Assembly (NCBI GenBank): GCA_030390025.1
Contig: CM059448.1
Span: 10,106,001-10,170,000, forward strand
Length of the DNA: 64,000 nt
Reading direction: 5' to 3'
DNA from: Squalus acanthias
Lineage: Eukaryota
Of this stretch, positions 23,587 through 36,039 are shown in pieces. Under the pieces are notes generated by a model, which made no database searches, was not told where the DNA came from, and worked only from the letters and a program-made list of their open reading frames with translations. The translations under genes were made by a program, and so were the position numbers. Position 1 is the first letter of the stretch, and every line of letters starts with the position of its first letter.

Positions 23587-24328
23587 CCTCTGGGCTTGGG
23601 GCAGCAGGCTGCCCGCCGGCATGTCCACGAAGCCCAGCTCGGCACCCGCTTCTTTCTTTTTCCGATCCAACAGCGAATGCATCTGGAAGACAACTGAGAT
23701 GGTTTTTCTCCCCCCCCCCCCCCCACCTCTTCTGCTTTTATATTCCAACTCCCCCCCTCCCTGCCTCCTCTAAATCTTCACATCAAAAAAGTCCAGCTCA
23801 CGCAGTGAGATCAGTTTATAAAAGAATCTGGCATCAGGCACTTGGATCTTAAAAAAAATATCATCTACAGGTTTCCCTCCCCCCCACCCCCACCCCCTCA
23901 GCCTTCTGTAGGATTAATCCCGATTGGCAAACTAGAAGGCAGAGTGCTGGCTGTCAGCGAGGAAGTGTTGTCTCTGCTACTCTCCCGTCTCTCTCCCCTT
24001 CTAGAGAAAGGGGAGATTTTCACTTTGCAGTCAGTCACAGCTTTCGCTTCTGCATTGCTTGCCGATGCCACTAGGCGCAGACAGGTGCCTGCTCCGTGTG
24101 AACAAATCCAAGGGAAGGGAGGGAGGGGTGGGGTGGAGACACTGAGAGGAAAGAGCAAGAAATCAACAAACGCCCACTGCCTTGGCAAATCTGCTGGGGG
24201 CTTTCACAGTTTGAGCTAAATTAGCTCCCTCAGGTAGCTGAAGTGAGAGATACAATCGCATTCAGTGTGTGTGGTGGGAGGGGCTCCAGATCTGCTCTGC
24301 TTAATGAGTGTGTTCACCAAATAACTAT

Positions 24329-24566
24329 GATGCGGAGATGCCGGTGTTGGACTGGGGTGGACAAAAGTGAGAAGTCGCACAACACCAGGTTATAGTCCAA
24401 CAGTTTTATTTGAAATCACAAGCTTTCGGAGCTGCTGCTCCTTCGTCAGGTGAAGTGAAGGAATACAGTATTCCCTCACTTCACCTGAGAAGGAGCAGCA
24501 GCTCCGAAAGCTTGTGATTTCAAATAAAACTGTTGGACTATAACCTGGTGTTGTGCGACTTCTCAC
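24329..24566. mobile_element. Penelope-derived fold-back element (family B) with hammerhead motifs on both strands
   Basis: Inverted arms about 24367-24458 / 24477-24567; 15-bp TSD tcaccaaataactat (24314-24328, 24563-24577). Confidence 0.85.
24416..24453 (-). ncRNA. Type I hammerhead motif (family B), intact core
   Basis: rc: tcac-CTGACGA-a-ggagc-agca-gctcc-GAAA-gc-tt-gtga. The plus-strand partner at 24481-24517 has a 1-nt core deletion (CTGA-GA). Confidence 0.8.
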
Positions 24567-24614
24567 CAAATAACTATAGGAGGGAGAAAGGAATATGGAA
24601 GGCTAGAAAAGAGA

Positions 24615-25021
24615 AGGCTGAGGGTGAGCTGATAGAGGTCTTTACAATTATGAAGGGGTTCGATAGGGTAGACCTAGAGAAGATGGTTCCATTTGTGAGG
24701 GGGGCGGGGGGGGGGGGGGGTCCAAAACTAGTGTCCATAAATATAAGATAGTCACTAATAAATCCACTAGGGAATTCAGGAGAAACTTCTTTACCCAGAG
24801 AGAGTGGTGAGAATGTGGAACTCGCTACCACAGAGAGTGGTTGAGGCGAATAGCACAGATGCATTTAAGGTAAAGCTAGATAAACACGAGGGAGAAAGGA
24901 ATAGAAGGGTATGCTGATGGCGTTAGATGAAGTAGGGGTGGGCAGAGGCTCGTGTGGAGCATAAACACCGGCATGGACCAGTTGTGCCGAATAGCCTGTC
25001 TCTGTGCTGTAATTTCTATGT
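24615..25021 (+). mobile_element. CR1 3' fragment
   Basis: LIEVFTIMKGFDRVD; 3'UTR homologous to 14130-14513. Confidence 0.85.
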
Positions 25022-25545
25022 GATAAAAGGGCTACTAGCCTAGCGCTCTCAATATGCGAGAGATGGAATAATGCAAATTCCAAACCCCTTTATAGAATCA
25101 GAAATGATAGCACAGAAAGGGCCCATTGGGCCCATTTGCAACTCAAACAACGACTCCAATCCCATATCCTCGTCCTTTCCCCATATCCTTTCATGTTCTT
25201 CCTCTTCAAATACTTATTCAAGTCCCTTTTAAATGTTCTGACCGTCTTTGCCTCATGGCCACTTGTAGCAAATCATTCCTTGCTCTGATAACCCTCTGTG
25301 AAAAAAATCCTAATTTCCCCTGTGTTTCTTTAAACAAAGGAGGAAGATTTCCGATTGACGCCCTGTGTAGCAAAAATACAGAAAAACTGTTTACTATTTG
25401 CTACAGGTAGTGTGCCAAACAAATCGACCCTGTGTGTTTACTATTCAGCATGAGATATGTCAAAACGGGTTATATTTTTAAAATCAGATTAAGTGAGCCT
25501 CCCTCCAAATAAATGAGTCCTAATAACACTGCCCAAATCATATAA

Positions 25546-26075
25546 AAAACAACAGCTTGTATTTATATAGCGCCTTTAACATAATAAAACGTCCCAAGGC
25601 ACTTTACAGGAATACTAAAAGACAAAAAATTTGACATCGAGCCACATAAGGAGAAATTAGGGCAGGTGACCAAAAGCTTGGTTGAAGAGGTAGGTTTTAA
25701 GGAGCGTCTTAAAGGAGGAAAGAGAGGTAGCGAGGCAGAGAGGTTTAGGCAGGGAATTCCAGAGCTTAGGGCCTAGGCAACAGAAGGCACAGCCACCAAT
25801 GGTGGAGCGATTATAATCGGGGATGCTCAAGAGGGCAGAATTAGAGGAGCGCAGATATCTCGGGGGGTTGTGGGGCTGGAGGAGATTATAGAGATAGGGA
25901 GGGGCGAGGCCATGGAGGGATTTGAAAACAAGGATGAGAATTTTGAAATCGAGGTGCTGCTTAACCAGGAGCCAATGTAGGTCAGCGAGCACAGGGGTGA
26001 TGGGCGAACGGGACTTGGTGCGAGTTAGGACACGGGCAGCCGAGTTTTGGGTGACCTCAAGTTTATGTAGGGTAG
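25546..26075 (-). mobile_element. L2 LINE 3' fragment
   Basis: [33 protein letters not shown]...KLWNSLP...FKTLLKTYLF; tail ggcgctatataaatacaagctgttg. Confidence 0.88.
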
Positions 26076-26141
26076 AATAATACATGTAATAAGAGAATGT
26101 TAAGAATGAGATTGAGTCAGCATCAGCTTGGGTTTTGAAAT

Positions 26142-26442
26142 TCATAAAATCATCAAATCTTACAGCACAGAAGGAGGCCATTCGGCCCATCATGCCTGTG
26201 ACAGCTCTTTGAAAGAGCGATCCAATTAGTCCCACAGCCCCAGCTTTTCCCCCATAACCCTGAAAATCAGTCCTCTTCAAGTACATGTCTAATTGCCTTT
26301 TAAAACTTCCTATAAAATCTGATTCCACCACCCTTTCAGTTAGTGCGTTCCGGCTATTAACCACTCTCTGTGTGAAGAAATTTCTCCACATTCCCCCTCT
26401 AGTTCTTTTGCCAATTATTTTAAATCTATGACCTCTGGTTAA
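26142..26442 (-). mobile_element. CR1 3' fragment
   Basis: TRGHRFKIIGKRTRGGMWRNFFTQRVVN plus CR1 3'UTR. Confidence 0.85.
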
Positions 26443-26504
26443 CTCTGTAATAAAAATAGAAAATGTTGGAAATTCACAACAGGCCAATGATCCTCTGAAA
26501 GAGA

Positions 26505-26710
26505 GGTGGCCCTGGAGTAGGAGCGCGCGGTGTCTGCTGGTACGCTGGAGGCCTTCCGCCACCGGTGAGCACCGCAGGGATTGGAGGGCATGTTGGACAC
26601 GGGCGACAACATTATTTAACCTGATAAGCTTCCTTTGCTTTTTATTATTTCATTTTCTAGTAGTTGTGCCCCTCTAAAAAAAAAGGGGGCACTTTTGTTA
26701 GATTTTTTGG
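26505..26710 (+). mobile_element. Tx1-like LINE 3' end
   Basis: LE*ERAVSAGTLEAFRHR*APQG resembles a Tx1 ORF2 C-terminus; T-rich 3'UTR with hairpin gtgcccct-(a)n-gggggcac at 26666-26692. Confidence 0.55.
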
Positions 26711-27971
26711 CTTGATGACCTCCTAATGGGTTTCTAAGAAAAGACATCTGAAAGAGAAAGAGTCAGCCTTTCCTCAGAAGCGAACACTGTATCTCCACTT
26801 TAAAACCAATCAGATTCACTGGCAGGCTCCACTGCATCTTCCTATGCAGGGGTTCCCTGCTGCTCTTGTGCAATTGATGACTTATTTGGTCATCAGTTTT
26901 TATGGACTGTTACTTCGGGCTGCAGGACAAGCACCATTTTGAGCTTCTTCTTCAAAGTGCTTTTCCAGTTACTTTTCTTCACCCATTTTTTTCCCCCATC
27001 CTACTTTAAAACCGAATGAAACCTCTTGCTAGCTCAGATTTCATGACTGCATCTGAGAATTTGATTGATGTTTGGATGCTACAAACGGTTGGGTTATTCC
27101 GGTGTTCAGTTCTCAAGCTCCTGTCGCTGCTTGTTTGACTCACAAAGAACAAGAGGGGGGAAAAGTGTCAAGAATGTTGGCATAAGGGTGCTTAATAGCA
27201 TCAGCTTCGGTCCAAAGGGGGATGTTTGATCCAAGTTTAATATCTTTCTGGCTCAACGCCAATTCAACAATCCTACGTTTAGCTTCTAGAAGTAACAGAA
27301 GTTTGACTTAGAGCCAGAATAGCTCCATGTCGCCAGTTTGTCCATCCAATTACTTGCAGTGTTAACAATACATGATAATGATGATGAAGCTGGTGAGCTA
27401 TATTTCATTTTGTCAAAATGAAGGTCGATTTAAAAAAGCAGCAGGCCTCCATTTGTGATTGCAGTTCCAATGCCAACAATTTGCTGTTTACAGGTATAAC
27501 ATGTGCACTGATTTGTATTCTTTCTGATTAGTCAAATATTGGTTATCACTTGATAAACATACAGTAGTGAGGTCACAATTGTAACTCCTTCATGTATCAA
27601 AGTCAACATGTCAAAATTGAGATGGCACCTTTGCAATTACTCCAGACTGTACATACATACGCTCCATAGTGATGGCAACACTGTAAGATCCATTTTGGGT
27701 TTAGTTGATGATGATAAACCCAAACAGCTTTGCTGTTGGAGCTATGCTGTGAACTCAAACCCTTTGAACAGTTTAACGCCTTGTAATCATTCCCAAAATC
27801 CATTATTCTATTTATAATTTTAAAAAGTGATGAATTAATTTCATGTAGAGTATCACTCGTGCTACTGCAGTAAATCTTCCACTTAAAATGTGGACAGCAG
27901 CTTATAGTGGAATGATTACTTTGGCATTAACTATACTTTTAGCATAGCTTTTTCCAGTTAATTAATTACAG

Positions 27972-28646
27972 TTTTTTTGTTATTCGTTCATGGGATGTGG
28001 GCGTAGCTGGCAAGGCGAGCATTTATTGCTCATCCCTAATTGCCCTTGGGAAGGTGGCGGTGAGCCGCCTTCTTGAACCGCTGCAGTCCGTGTGGTGAAG
28101 GTGCTCCCACAGTGCTGTTAGGTAGAGAGTTCCAGGATTTTGACCCAGCGACGATGAAGGAACGATGATATATTTCCAAGTCAGGACGGTGTGTGACTTG
28201 GAGGGGAACTTGCAGGTGATGGTGTTCCCCTGCGCCTGTTGTCCTTGTCCTTCTAGGTGGTAGAGGTCGCGGGTTTGGGAGGTGCTGCCGAAGAAGCCTT
28301 GGCGAGTTGCTGCAGTGCATCTTGTAGCTGGTACACACTGCAGCCACGGTACGCTGGTGGTGGAGGGAGTGAATGTTTAAGGTGGTGGATGGGGTGCCAA
28401 TCAAGCTGGCTGTTTTGTCCTGGATGGTGTCAAGCTTCTTGAGTGTTGTTGGAGCTGCACTCATCCAGGCAAGTGGAGAGTATTCCATCACATTCCTTAC
28501 TTGTGCCTTGTAGATGGTGGAAAGGCTTTGGGGAGTCAGGAGGTGAGACACTCACCGCAGAATACCCAGCCTCTGACCTGCTCTTGTAGCCACAGTATTT
28601 ATGTGGCTGGTCCAGTTAAGTTTCTGGTCAATGATGACCCCCAGGA
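27972..28646 (-). mobile_element. Poly(A)-tailed CR1/L2-group LINE 3' fragment
   Basis: LLTPQSLSTIYKAQVRNVMEYSPLAW...LHHQRTVAA...WNSLPNSTV; homologous copies at 29826, 39557 and 41265. Confidence 0.85.
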
Positions 28647-28661
28647 TAGTGCTGATGTTTT

Positions 28662-29206
28662 ACATAAGAACATAAGAACATAAGAAATAGGAGCAGGAGT
28701 AGGCCAATTGGCCCCTCGAGCCTGCTCCGCCATTCAATAAGATCATGGCTGATCTGATCCTAACCGCCAATCTACTATCACAGAACCATCTCCTGAACCT
28801 AACAGAATTGGACACACGAAATAGGAGCAGGATCAGGCTACACGGCCCCTGGGCCCGCTGCGCTACCCACAGGGCCATGACCAATCCGAACCTAGACTCA
28901 TGTCCAAATTCCTGCCCGCTCCCCATAACCCTTAATTCCCTTTATTTCTAGGAAACTGTCTATTTCTGTTTTAAATTTATGTAATGATGCAGCTTCTACA
29001 GCTTTTTGGGGCAGCATATTCCATGGACCTACCACCCTCTGAGTGAAGTAGTTCCTTCTCATCTCAGTTTTGAAAGAGCAGCCCCTTATTCTAAGACTAT
29101 GCCCCCTAGTTCTAGTTTCACCCATCATCGGGAACATCCTCCCCGCATCCACCCGATCCAACCCCTTCACAATCTTATATGTTTCAATAAGATCGCCTCT
29201 CATTCT
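28662..29206 (-). mobile_element. CR1 3' fragment with extended or duplicated 3'UTR
   Basis: RMRGDLIETYKIVKGLDRVDAGRMFP; acataaga tandem tail; aaataggagcagga appears twice (about 28685 and 28819). Confidence 0.85.
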
Positions 29207-29825
29207 AACCAATAGCTGAAATGTCAATGAAGCCAACTATTAAGAGTCAGACAGGACTAAAATGAACCAAGCTGCAATTTTGTAGAACTTTTTTTTTGCA
29301 CTAAGCACCTGCACTATAAAAGACATGTGAAGCAGGGCTTATTGCTGCTGCCACACACCGATTCCTTTACTCACATCAATTGGCAGCTGCAGCAACATCC
29401 CGTGTCAGTGGGGTGTTCATTGGTAGAAGCTATAAAGGAATACAGAAGAAGGAAAAGTGAAACCTAAAGAATGAGCCATTGTCTGTGTGGATGAATCTAA
29501 CCAGCAAGGAACCAACCTTTTTTGGTATTGGTAGAATAGCATTGTCTTCCGACTCAGCAAAGTCCACTGAAATGACCTGAGGCACCCTCTTTGATTTCCA
29601 CCATATTTCCTGTAGTTGTGATGATCATTCAACCATGAATTTCTACGCCACTAGATCTCTTCCAACCTCCAAGGGATAATGAAGCAGGTATCTCACAGTC
29701 AACCATTTGCAACTGCATCCAGGTCCATCCCAACATATTTATGTTTTTTTGCTAAAAGCTAGGAGCAGTAATGACTAAGAAACACAGCTGGTATCCCTGG
29801 TTTCTAAGGGTTCTTGGTGTTACTC

Positions 29826-30080
29826 ATGGTACCATCACCTGCAAGTTCCCCTCCAAGTCACACACCATCCTGACTTGGAAATATATCGTCGTTCCTTCAT
29901 CGTCGCTGGGTCAATATCCTGGAACTCCCTCCCTAACAGCACTGTGGGAGTACCTTCACCACACGAACTGCAGCGGTTCAAGAAGGCGGCTCACCACCAC
30001 CTTCTCAAGGGCAATTAGGGATGGGCAATAAATGCTGGCCTTACCAGTGACGCCCACATCCCAGGAAAGAATAAAAAAAA
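29826..30080 (+). mobile_element. 3' fragment of the poly(A)-tailed LINE family
   Basis: Homologous to rc of 27972-28225; ends gaataaaaaaaa. Confidence 0.85.
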
Positions 30081-31052
30081 CACATGGGGATCTTCACCTA
30101 GCCCAAGTACTTCTGCCTCCATGAGTAGGAAAGGGTTCTTTTCATTGAATATGCAGGTACTTTTTAACATGAGAGATGTCATAACTTGATCATGTGCTAA
30201 CTCAGCAGGATCCATGCATGTCTTATTCAGTCCATCTCAATCTGCTTTACCCAGAATGTTTCAGGGAGATGGTAGGATACATGGATGGCCTCTGGGTATG
30301 GCACAGGGTCATGGCTGATGGTTCCTTTCCAAAATCCACAATCTCCTGCAGAAACAGTGATGGTCACTAAGCCACACACTCACTGATTGAAAGAATACTT
30401 GGAAAGCCCAAAGTATGTTTTCATTACCTGGACCAACTGCAAGGTGCAATATGTCTCAGGGATGGAGGGTTGGTTCAATGGTGAGATTGACTTCCTGCTT
30501 TGTAACTCTTGGCTTTTGTTTAGTACAGTTCTAATGGTAGTATTACCACATGGTAGCTAATAATGTCAAGGGCCTAGTGTCTGGCTAGTAAGTATGTTTA
30601 AAGAAATTATAGAAATTGTGTTTCCACTAGGTGATTTAATTTGTGTCATCAGCAAATTAACTTGTAACAAAAGTGGAACCTGGCATCTTAATAGTTGATA
30701 GTAACTACTTGTAATTGTCAAAATACCTCTAACAGCAGCAAACAGGATGATTCTGCTACAGTTTATTCATTTATGTAATAATTTAAGTAACAGCCTGATA
30801 TAGAAGGTACTTCATTATAAATCAATGCATTTTTTTCACTATATAGAGATAAGAGATACACAAAAGTGTTTGCAGGGTAGTGATTCCAAGAACTGGTGGT
30901 ACAGTTGGATAGCACTATTTTTTTTTTGTCTTTGGGATCTAAATTGAATTCAACCCAAACTCATTGCATGAGTGTCCCCTGGAGTGAGAACTCCAGCACT
31001 TTGTGCCACGGTGCTGCCTGGTATATGGCAAACTGTAGCACAGAGCAATCAG

Positions 31053-31077
31053 TGAGTCACCATTAGAGGGCAGCACT
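31053..31077 (+). promoter_or_regulatory. Candidate CTCF site with adjacent AP-1 motif
   Basis: tgagtca overlapping ccattagagggcagca (CTCF core consensus CCASYAGRKGGCRS, one mismatch). Confidence 0.35.
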
Positions 31078-31844
31078 GTGCAGAGGTGTAGTATCCACCA
31101 GACAGCAAGGGGGATGTAATTGAAAATTCATATTGTTCACAGAAACCATAAATGTCCGTTCTATTTTGATAAATGTTGGTGCTGTAGCTTAATAATCATT
31201 TAAGCCTCTCGAAATTGATATTTTAAGGCAATACCTCCTTTGTCAGAGTTGAACGTTTATCCACAATTGTCAGTAGAAATGCAATTTTTTTACATATTAA
31301 AGTAATCCTGCACAGTTTCCTCTTAGAGGTAGTCATCTAGAAACTGTTAGTGACTTGGGGAGGGGTTGATGGTTATGGCACTGTTGCTAAAGAGATAAGG
31401 GTGGCAGAAGTGCACTTGCCTGGTCAAGTGCTGAAGTTGTACACTTTAAAACATTCTCATGCAAAAAGATATAAAATATGAAATTTCCACTAGTCTTTCT
31501 AACATTTTCTCTGTTTCTTCTAATTTAAAGTTGGGGCTAATGTAAAATCAGCACAGGAGATCCCTCTTACAGCATTAGTGATTCATAATTTAATATGTTA
31601 AAAAAAATTCTAAAGTCATTTTTAAAATGTGTATATTAAACCCCCCCCCCAAAATATTTGTATACTTTTACAAGATAAATATCTTTCATATGCAAAGTCA
31701 TTTTCACAATTAATAAAATGAATATATATTGGTAAATATTAAATACTTTGAAACATTTTGGAAATAATGTAGAGTTCTTAAATATTAAGGGTATTGAAAT
31801 ATATAATTCAATAATAAAACACACAGCAATAGTATTAACTCAGT

Positions 31845-32418
31845 CATCATCCGCTAAAACCATGTTTCATGCCTTTGTCACCTCCAGAAGTGATTATTCC
31901 AATGCTCTCCTAGCTAGTCTCCCATCCTACATGCTCTATAAACTTCAACTCATCCAAAATTCTGCTGCCTGTATCCTATACCGCACCAAAATCCTCTCAC
32001 CCCCTCACTCCTGTCCTCACCCATAATGGCTTCTGGTCCCTCAGCACTTCAAATTGAAAATCCTTTCATTCCTCGCCCCTTTAGCTCTGTCACCTCCTCC
32101 AGCCCCAGAGCCACCCCTATATTCTCTGTTCTGCTGACTGGCTCTCCCTCTTGTGCATTTTCTCCATCTTCGCCCCACCATTGGTGCCCGTGCCTTCAGC
32201 CACCTAGGTCCCTCTCTCTGGGATTCACTTCCTAAACCACTCAGCCATTCCACTTTCCTCTCCTCCTGTAAGACCCTTCTTAAAATCCAACTCTCTGACC
32301 AAGCTTTTAGTCACCTCTCCTAATCTCTTCAGCTTTGACTCAGCGTATGCCTCTATGAAGCAACTTGGGATGTTTTCTACATTAAAGGTATTGTGAAAAT
32401 GCAAGTTGTTGTTGTTGA
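31845..32418 (+). mobile_element. L2 LINE 3' fragment (degenerate)
   Basis: [19 protein letters not shown]...KLQLIQNSAA; ttg tandem tail. Confidence 0.8.
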
Positions 32419-32659
32419 ATGATACTGAAGTTTGCTGATTGACATGAATCTTGTCATTCATGTGGAAATGACTTATGAAATAATACTGGGCGGTCTGCTG
32501 GTGGCGCTGTCCAGGGAGAGTATAACTACTTGGGCATGGGCCCAGCTTGCTCAGGACATTCTTTAACAGGAACTAGAAAAGGACACAACTAGATCTCCAT
32601 GTTGAAAAACAGTTGATTAAAGCTTTGTTTAACGCTTAGACCAAGTGCCTAGTAGTTTT

Positions 32660-33512
32660 CTTACATCACTGATGATCCCAAATGTGTGGATATGGAAAAC
32701 TATGAGGAAGAATGCAAGGGATTTATACAGGGTAGTTGAGTGGGCAGATAGGTGACAGTTACAGTTCAATGCAGAGAAATGTAAAGTAGTACATTTTGGG
32801 AAAAGATGAAATATACCATAAATGGTAATACTCTTTTCAGAGTAGAGGAACAGAGTAATGTAGGGGAGCAGATCTTTAAAGGTACAGCTTGAAAAAGACA
32901 TGAAAAGCATTGAATATAAAAGTAAACAACTGATGTTGAAATTATACTAGACATTGGTTAGGCTACTGGAATATTCCTTGCAGTTATACATACCTTATTA
33001 TAGGAAGGATATCAGAGCCATGGAATGGGTACAGTAAAGGGTCACTAGAATGATACCAGCAGCAAAAGGTTCTGGTTGTGAAGAAAGGGTCAAAAAATTG
33101 GGGCTTTTTTCCCCCAGGATCAGAGAAGGTTAAGGGGGGTCCAGCAGAGGCTTTTCAAAATTATAAAACGTTTTAAAAGGATAAATAGTGAAAGATTGTT
33201 TCCACTGGCTGGTGAATCACTCACAAGTGGGCACAGACTGGCTTATCACTTGAAGAATGAATGGGGAAGTATAAAAACGTTTTTTTCCCACACAGAATAA
33301 TTAGAATTGGAATGTGTTACCGTAAATGGCTATTGAGGCAGAGAGTACAGTATCGTTTAAAAAGGAATTGAATAAGTATTTGAAAAGACTATAAAAGGAT
33401 ACAAGGAAAGGGCTGGCAAATGGGAATACAGTAGACAGCGCCAGCTGAAAAGCTAGCACAGGCAGACGGGCCAAATAGGCTCCTTCTGTGCTGTAACATC
33501 TATGATTCCATG
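32660..33512 (+). mobile_element. Old degenerate CR1 fragment
   Basis: FNAEKCKVVHFG remnant and CR1 3'UTR ending ctatgattccatg. Confidence 0.7.
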
Positions 33513-33584
33513 CTAGTTGACTATTTAGTAAAAAATGAGAAGTCGCACAATACCAGGTTATAATCCAACAGATTTATTTAAAAT

Positions 33585-33620
33585 TACAAGCTTTCGGAGC
33601 TGTTGCCCCTTCGTCAGATA
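33585..33620 (-). ncRNA. Type I hammerhead motif, intact core
   Basis: rc: tat-CTGACGA-a-ggggc-aaca-gctcc-GAAA-gc-tt-gta. Confidence 0.72.
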
Positions 33621-33894
33621 GAGTTACAATGAGGGAATCTACAATATTACACAGTATATAAACACCGAAAGCAATTTGTCTGCAGAGATACAATCTTTCA
33701 GGGAGGCCTTACATCAAAGACACACCAGAGCACAGCCAAGACAATGAGATGGGTGACAGGGGGTCCAACGTGTCAAATCCTGCTGTCTGCAGTTGAGCTT
33801 TTGTAAGGCCTCCCTGAAAGATTGTATCTCTGCAGACAAATTGCTTTCGGTGTTTATATACTGTGTAATATTGTAGATTCCCTCATTGTAACTC

Positions 33895-33930
33895 TACCTG
33901 ACGAAGGGGCAACAGCTCCGAAAGCTTGTA
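33895..33930 (+). ncRNA. Type I hammerhead motif, intact core
   Basis: tac-CTGACGA-a-ggggc-aaca-gctcc-GAAA-gc-tt-gta. Confidence 0.78.
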
Positions 33931-34427
33931 ATTTTAAATAAATCTGTTGGACTATAACCTGGTGTTGTGCGACTTCTCATTTTTGTCCACCCCAGTCCAA
34001 CACCGGCATCTCCGCATCATGACGACTATTTAGTAGGAAGCACAGGAAATGATTGGGAAGGTTGACAATTCTTACAGCTTCTTTGCTTAATTTAATTGTA
34101 AATATGATCCTTTGTGGTGTTTAGAGATGCTTTGAACACTCTTTAAATAAGATTTGACATTGCACTGGTGTTGTACTCCATACAATGTGATTGAGACTGC
34201 CTTCTCCAAGGGATCTCACAACCCCTCTCCAAAGTTAGGGACCTGAATCTTGAGTTATACTACAACTTTAACATCACATCAATTCCAAGGTTGCAGTATA
34301 AATGCACCTTATATTTTGCAGCAAAAACACTATCTGTGCCTATGTATGTATATCTGTATCTAAATACTAATTTGAATAGACAAATTTCCCTTTTTCATAT
34401 TTTGAATGTACAAGCATATCTTGCTAA

Positions 34428-34703
34428 TGAATCATACAGCACACAAGGAGCCTATTCAGTCCATCATGCCTGTGCCGGCTCTTTGAAAGAGCTATCCGAT
34501 TAGTCCCACTCCCCCTGCTCTTTCCCCATGGCCCTGCAAATTTCCCCCCTTCAAGTATTTATCCAATTCCCTTTTGAAAGTTACTATTGAATCTGCTTCC
34601 ACCACCCTTTCAGGTAGTGCATTCCAGATCACAACAACTCACTGTGTAAAAAATGTTTTCCTCATGTCGCCTCTGGCTCTATTGCCAATTACCTTAAATC
34701 TGA
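34428..34703 (-). mobile_element. CR1 3' fragment
   Basis: Homologous to 26142-26442 and to rc of 1950-2220. Confidence 0.85.
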
Positions 34704-36039
34704 AGATAGGCAATTAAAAAAATAAAAATTCTAAAACATTCCTCTAATGCACAAATTTTAATACAGAAAAAAATCACTTCCATTATCTACAATCAAACTT
34801 TGGCTGACACTGTGTGACGAATGATGTTGGAATGCATCTGTTTTCAAAGCCAGTGTTGTGTAGTATTTAAAGGAAGCATGATTGACTAAAAGTTGTAGTA
34901 TTTTTCCACTGGTACAATCAAATCCCATGTGATTCTTATAATAGAACACCCTAGAATTCATATTAGATTCGTGTATCTATTTGTTTTAACAGTTATTGTT
35001 TTATCTATACAATATCATTAATACTTTGATAACTGGATGCTGTGGTGTGGAGAAGAGAAATTGCAGGTTTTTATATTTGGATAAAGTCCTTACTTATCTG
35101 TATTTATCTTGTGATCACACCAGTATTAAACATACAGGAGCAGGAACATGTTGTGTACTGGAACCCCAGACTCTGTATATCAAAGGATGCATATCACCCA
35201 TAATTCTCAGCAGTTCAACTCAAACTAGCACCTATAAAAAGAGCAACTTGAATTGTTATGATTACAATATGTGTTTAGCCAACTTAATGAAACTAAACAA
35301 CTACTAATGACCCACTTTCAAAACGATTGCACATACTTCAAAGAGCATATAGTTTGCAGTAACTTCATTTACAATCTACTGAACACTTGTCCAATGTGAA
35401 GTACTGTATTTTATTATTATAAATGTTATTAACGCTTTGCTAAACCAGCTGTGACAGTCACAATACAAGAGCCTCCATAATTTGGCTTAATCACTTTAAA
35501 TTTCACCTCAAGCTGTAACTTTCTCAAATAACTGTAATTAATGGAAGGGGTCAAAACATTAATTTAGGAGGTGCCTTTCAAACGATGTCACTGTTTGTGG
35601 TGGGACCTCCAAACCCTGAATACTTATGTATTAAGATTCCTCTTCAGAAAGGCGTTTCTTAATTACAATTAAAAAGATGGCAAAATGTACAGAAAGGCAG
35701 TCTAAACAGTCCTGAAAGTAAATGCTGTTTACATAAATATTTTATTTATTTAACTTAATGATTTTAGTATTTCTTTTTTTAAATTCTCCACACATTGCCA
35801 TTTGTGACCCTGTTGTTAAAAGCTAAGAATGCAATACCATTAAACCTTGTTGCATAAAATACACAAATGTTGGGAATGATGTTCTAGTTTGTGATGGGCG
35901 CCCCGGACCATGAATAGAGAGTATTAATATTCCCAAATCCTTCCACTTTTAACGGTTACAGTGTTGCCTCGGCGGCTTGACAGACAATCTATGAAATCTT
36001 GGTTTGATTAAAAAAATATATAGTTGACTTGTGAAACGG

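Larger units (their letters stand above)
33531..34023. mobile_element. Penelope-derived fold-back element (family B) with 183-bp near-perfect arms
   Basis: Arms 33531-33713 / 33802-33984 with about 3 mismatches and an 88-bp spacer; 12-bp TSD gactatttagta (33519-33530, 34024-34035). Confidence 0.9.

Noticed and set aside
25657-26562. 301-aa ORF as a novel gene
   Set aside because: Chance read-through joining an antisense Tx1 end, a CR1 3' fragment and an L2 fragment.
26760-27350. Possible decayed coding sequence on the minus strand
   Set aside because: Only short open stretches, no recognisable motif and no splice signals; cannot be supported without a search.
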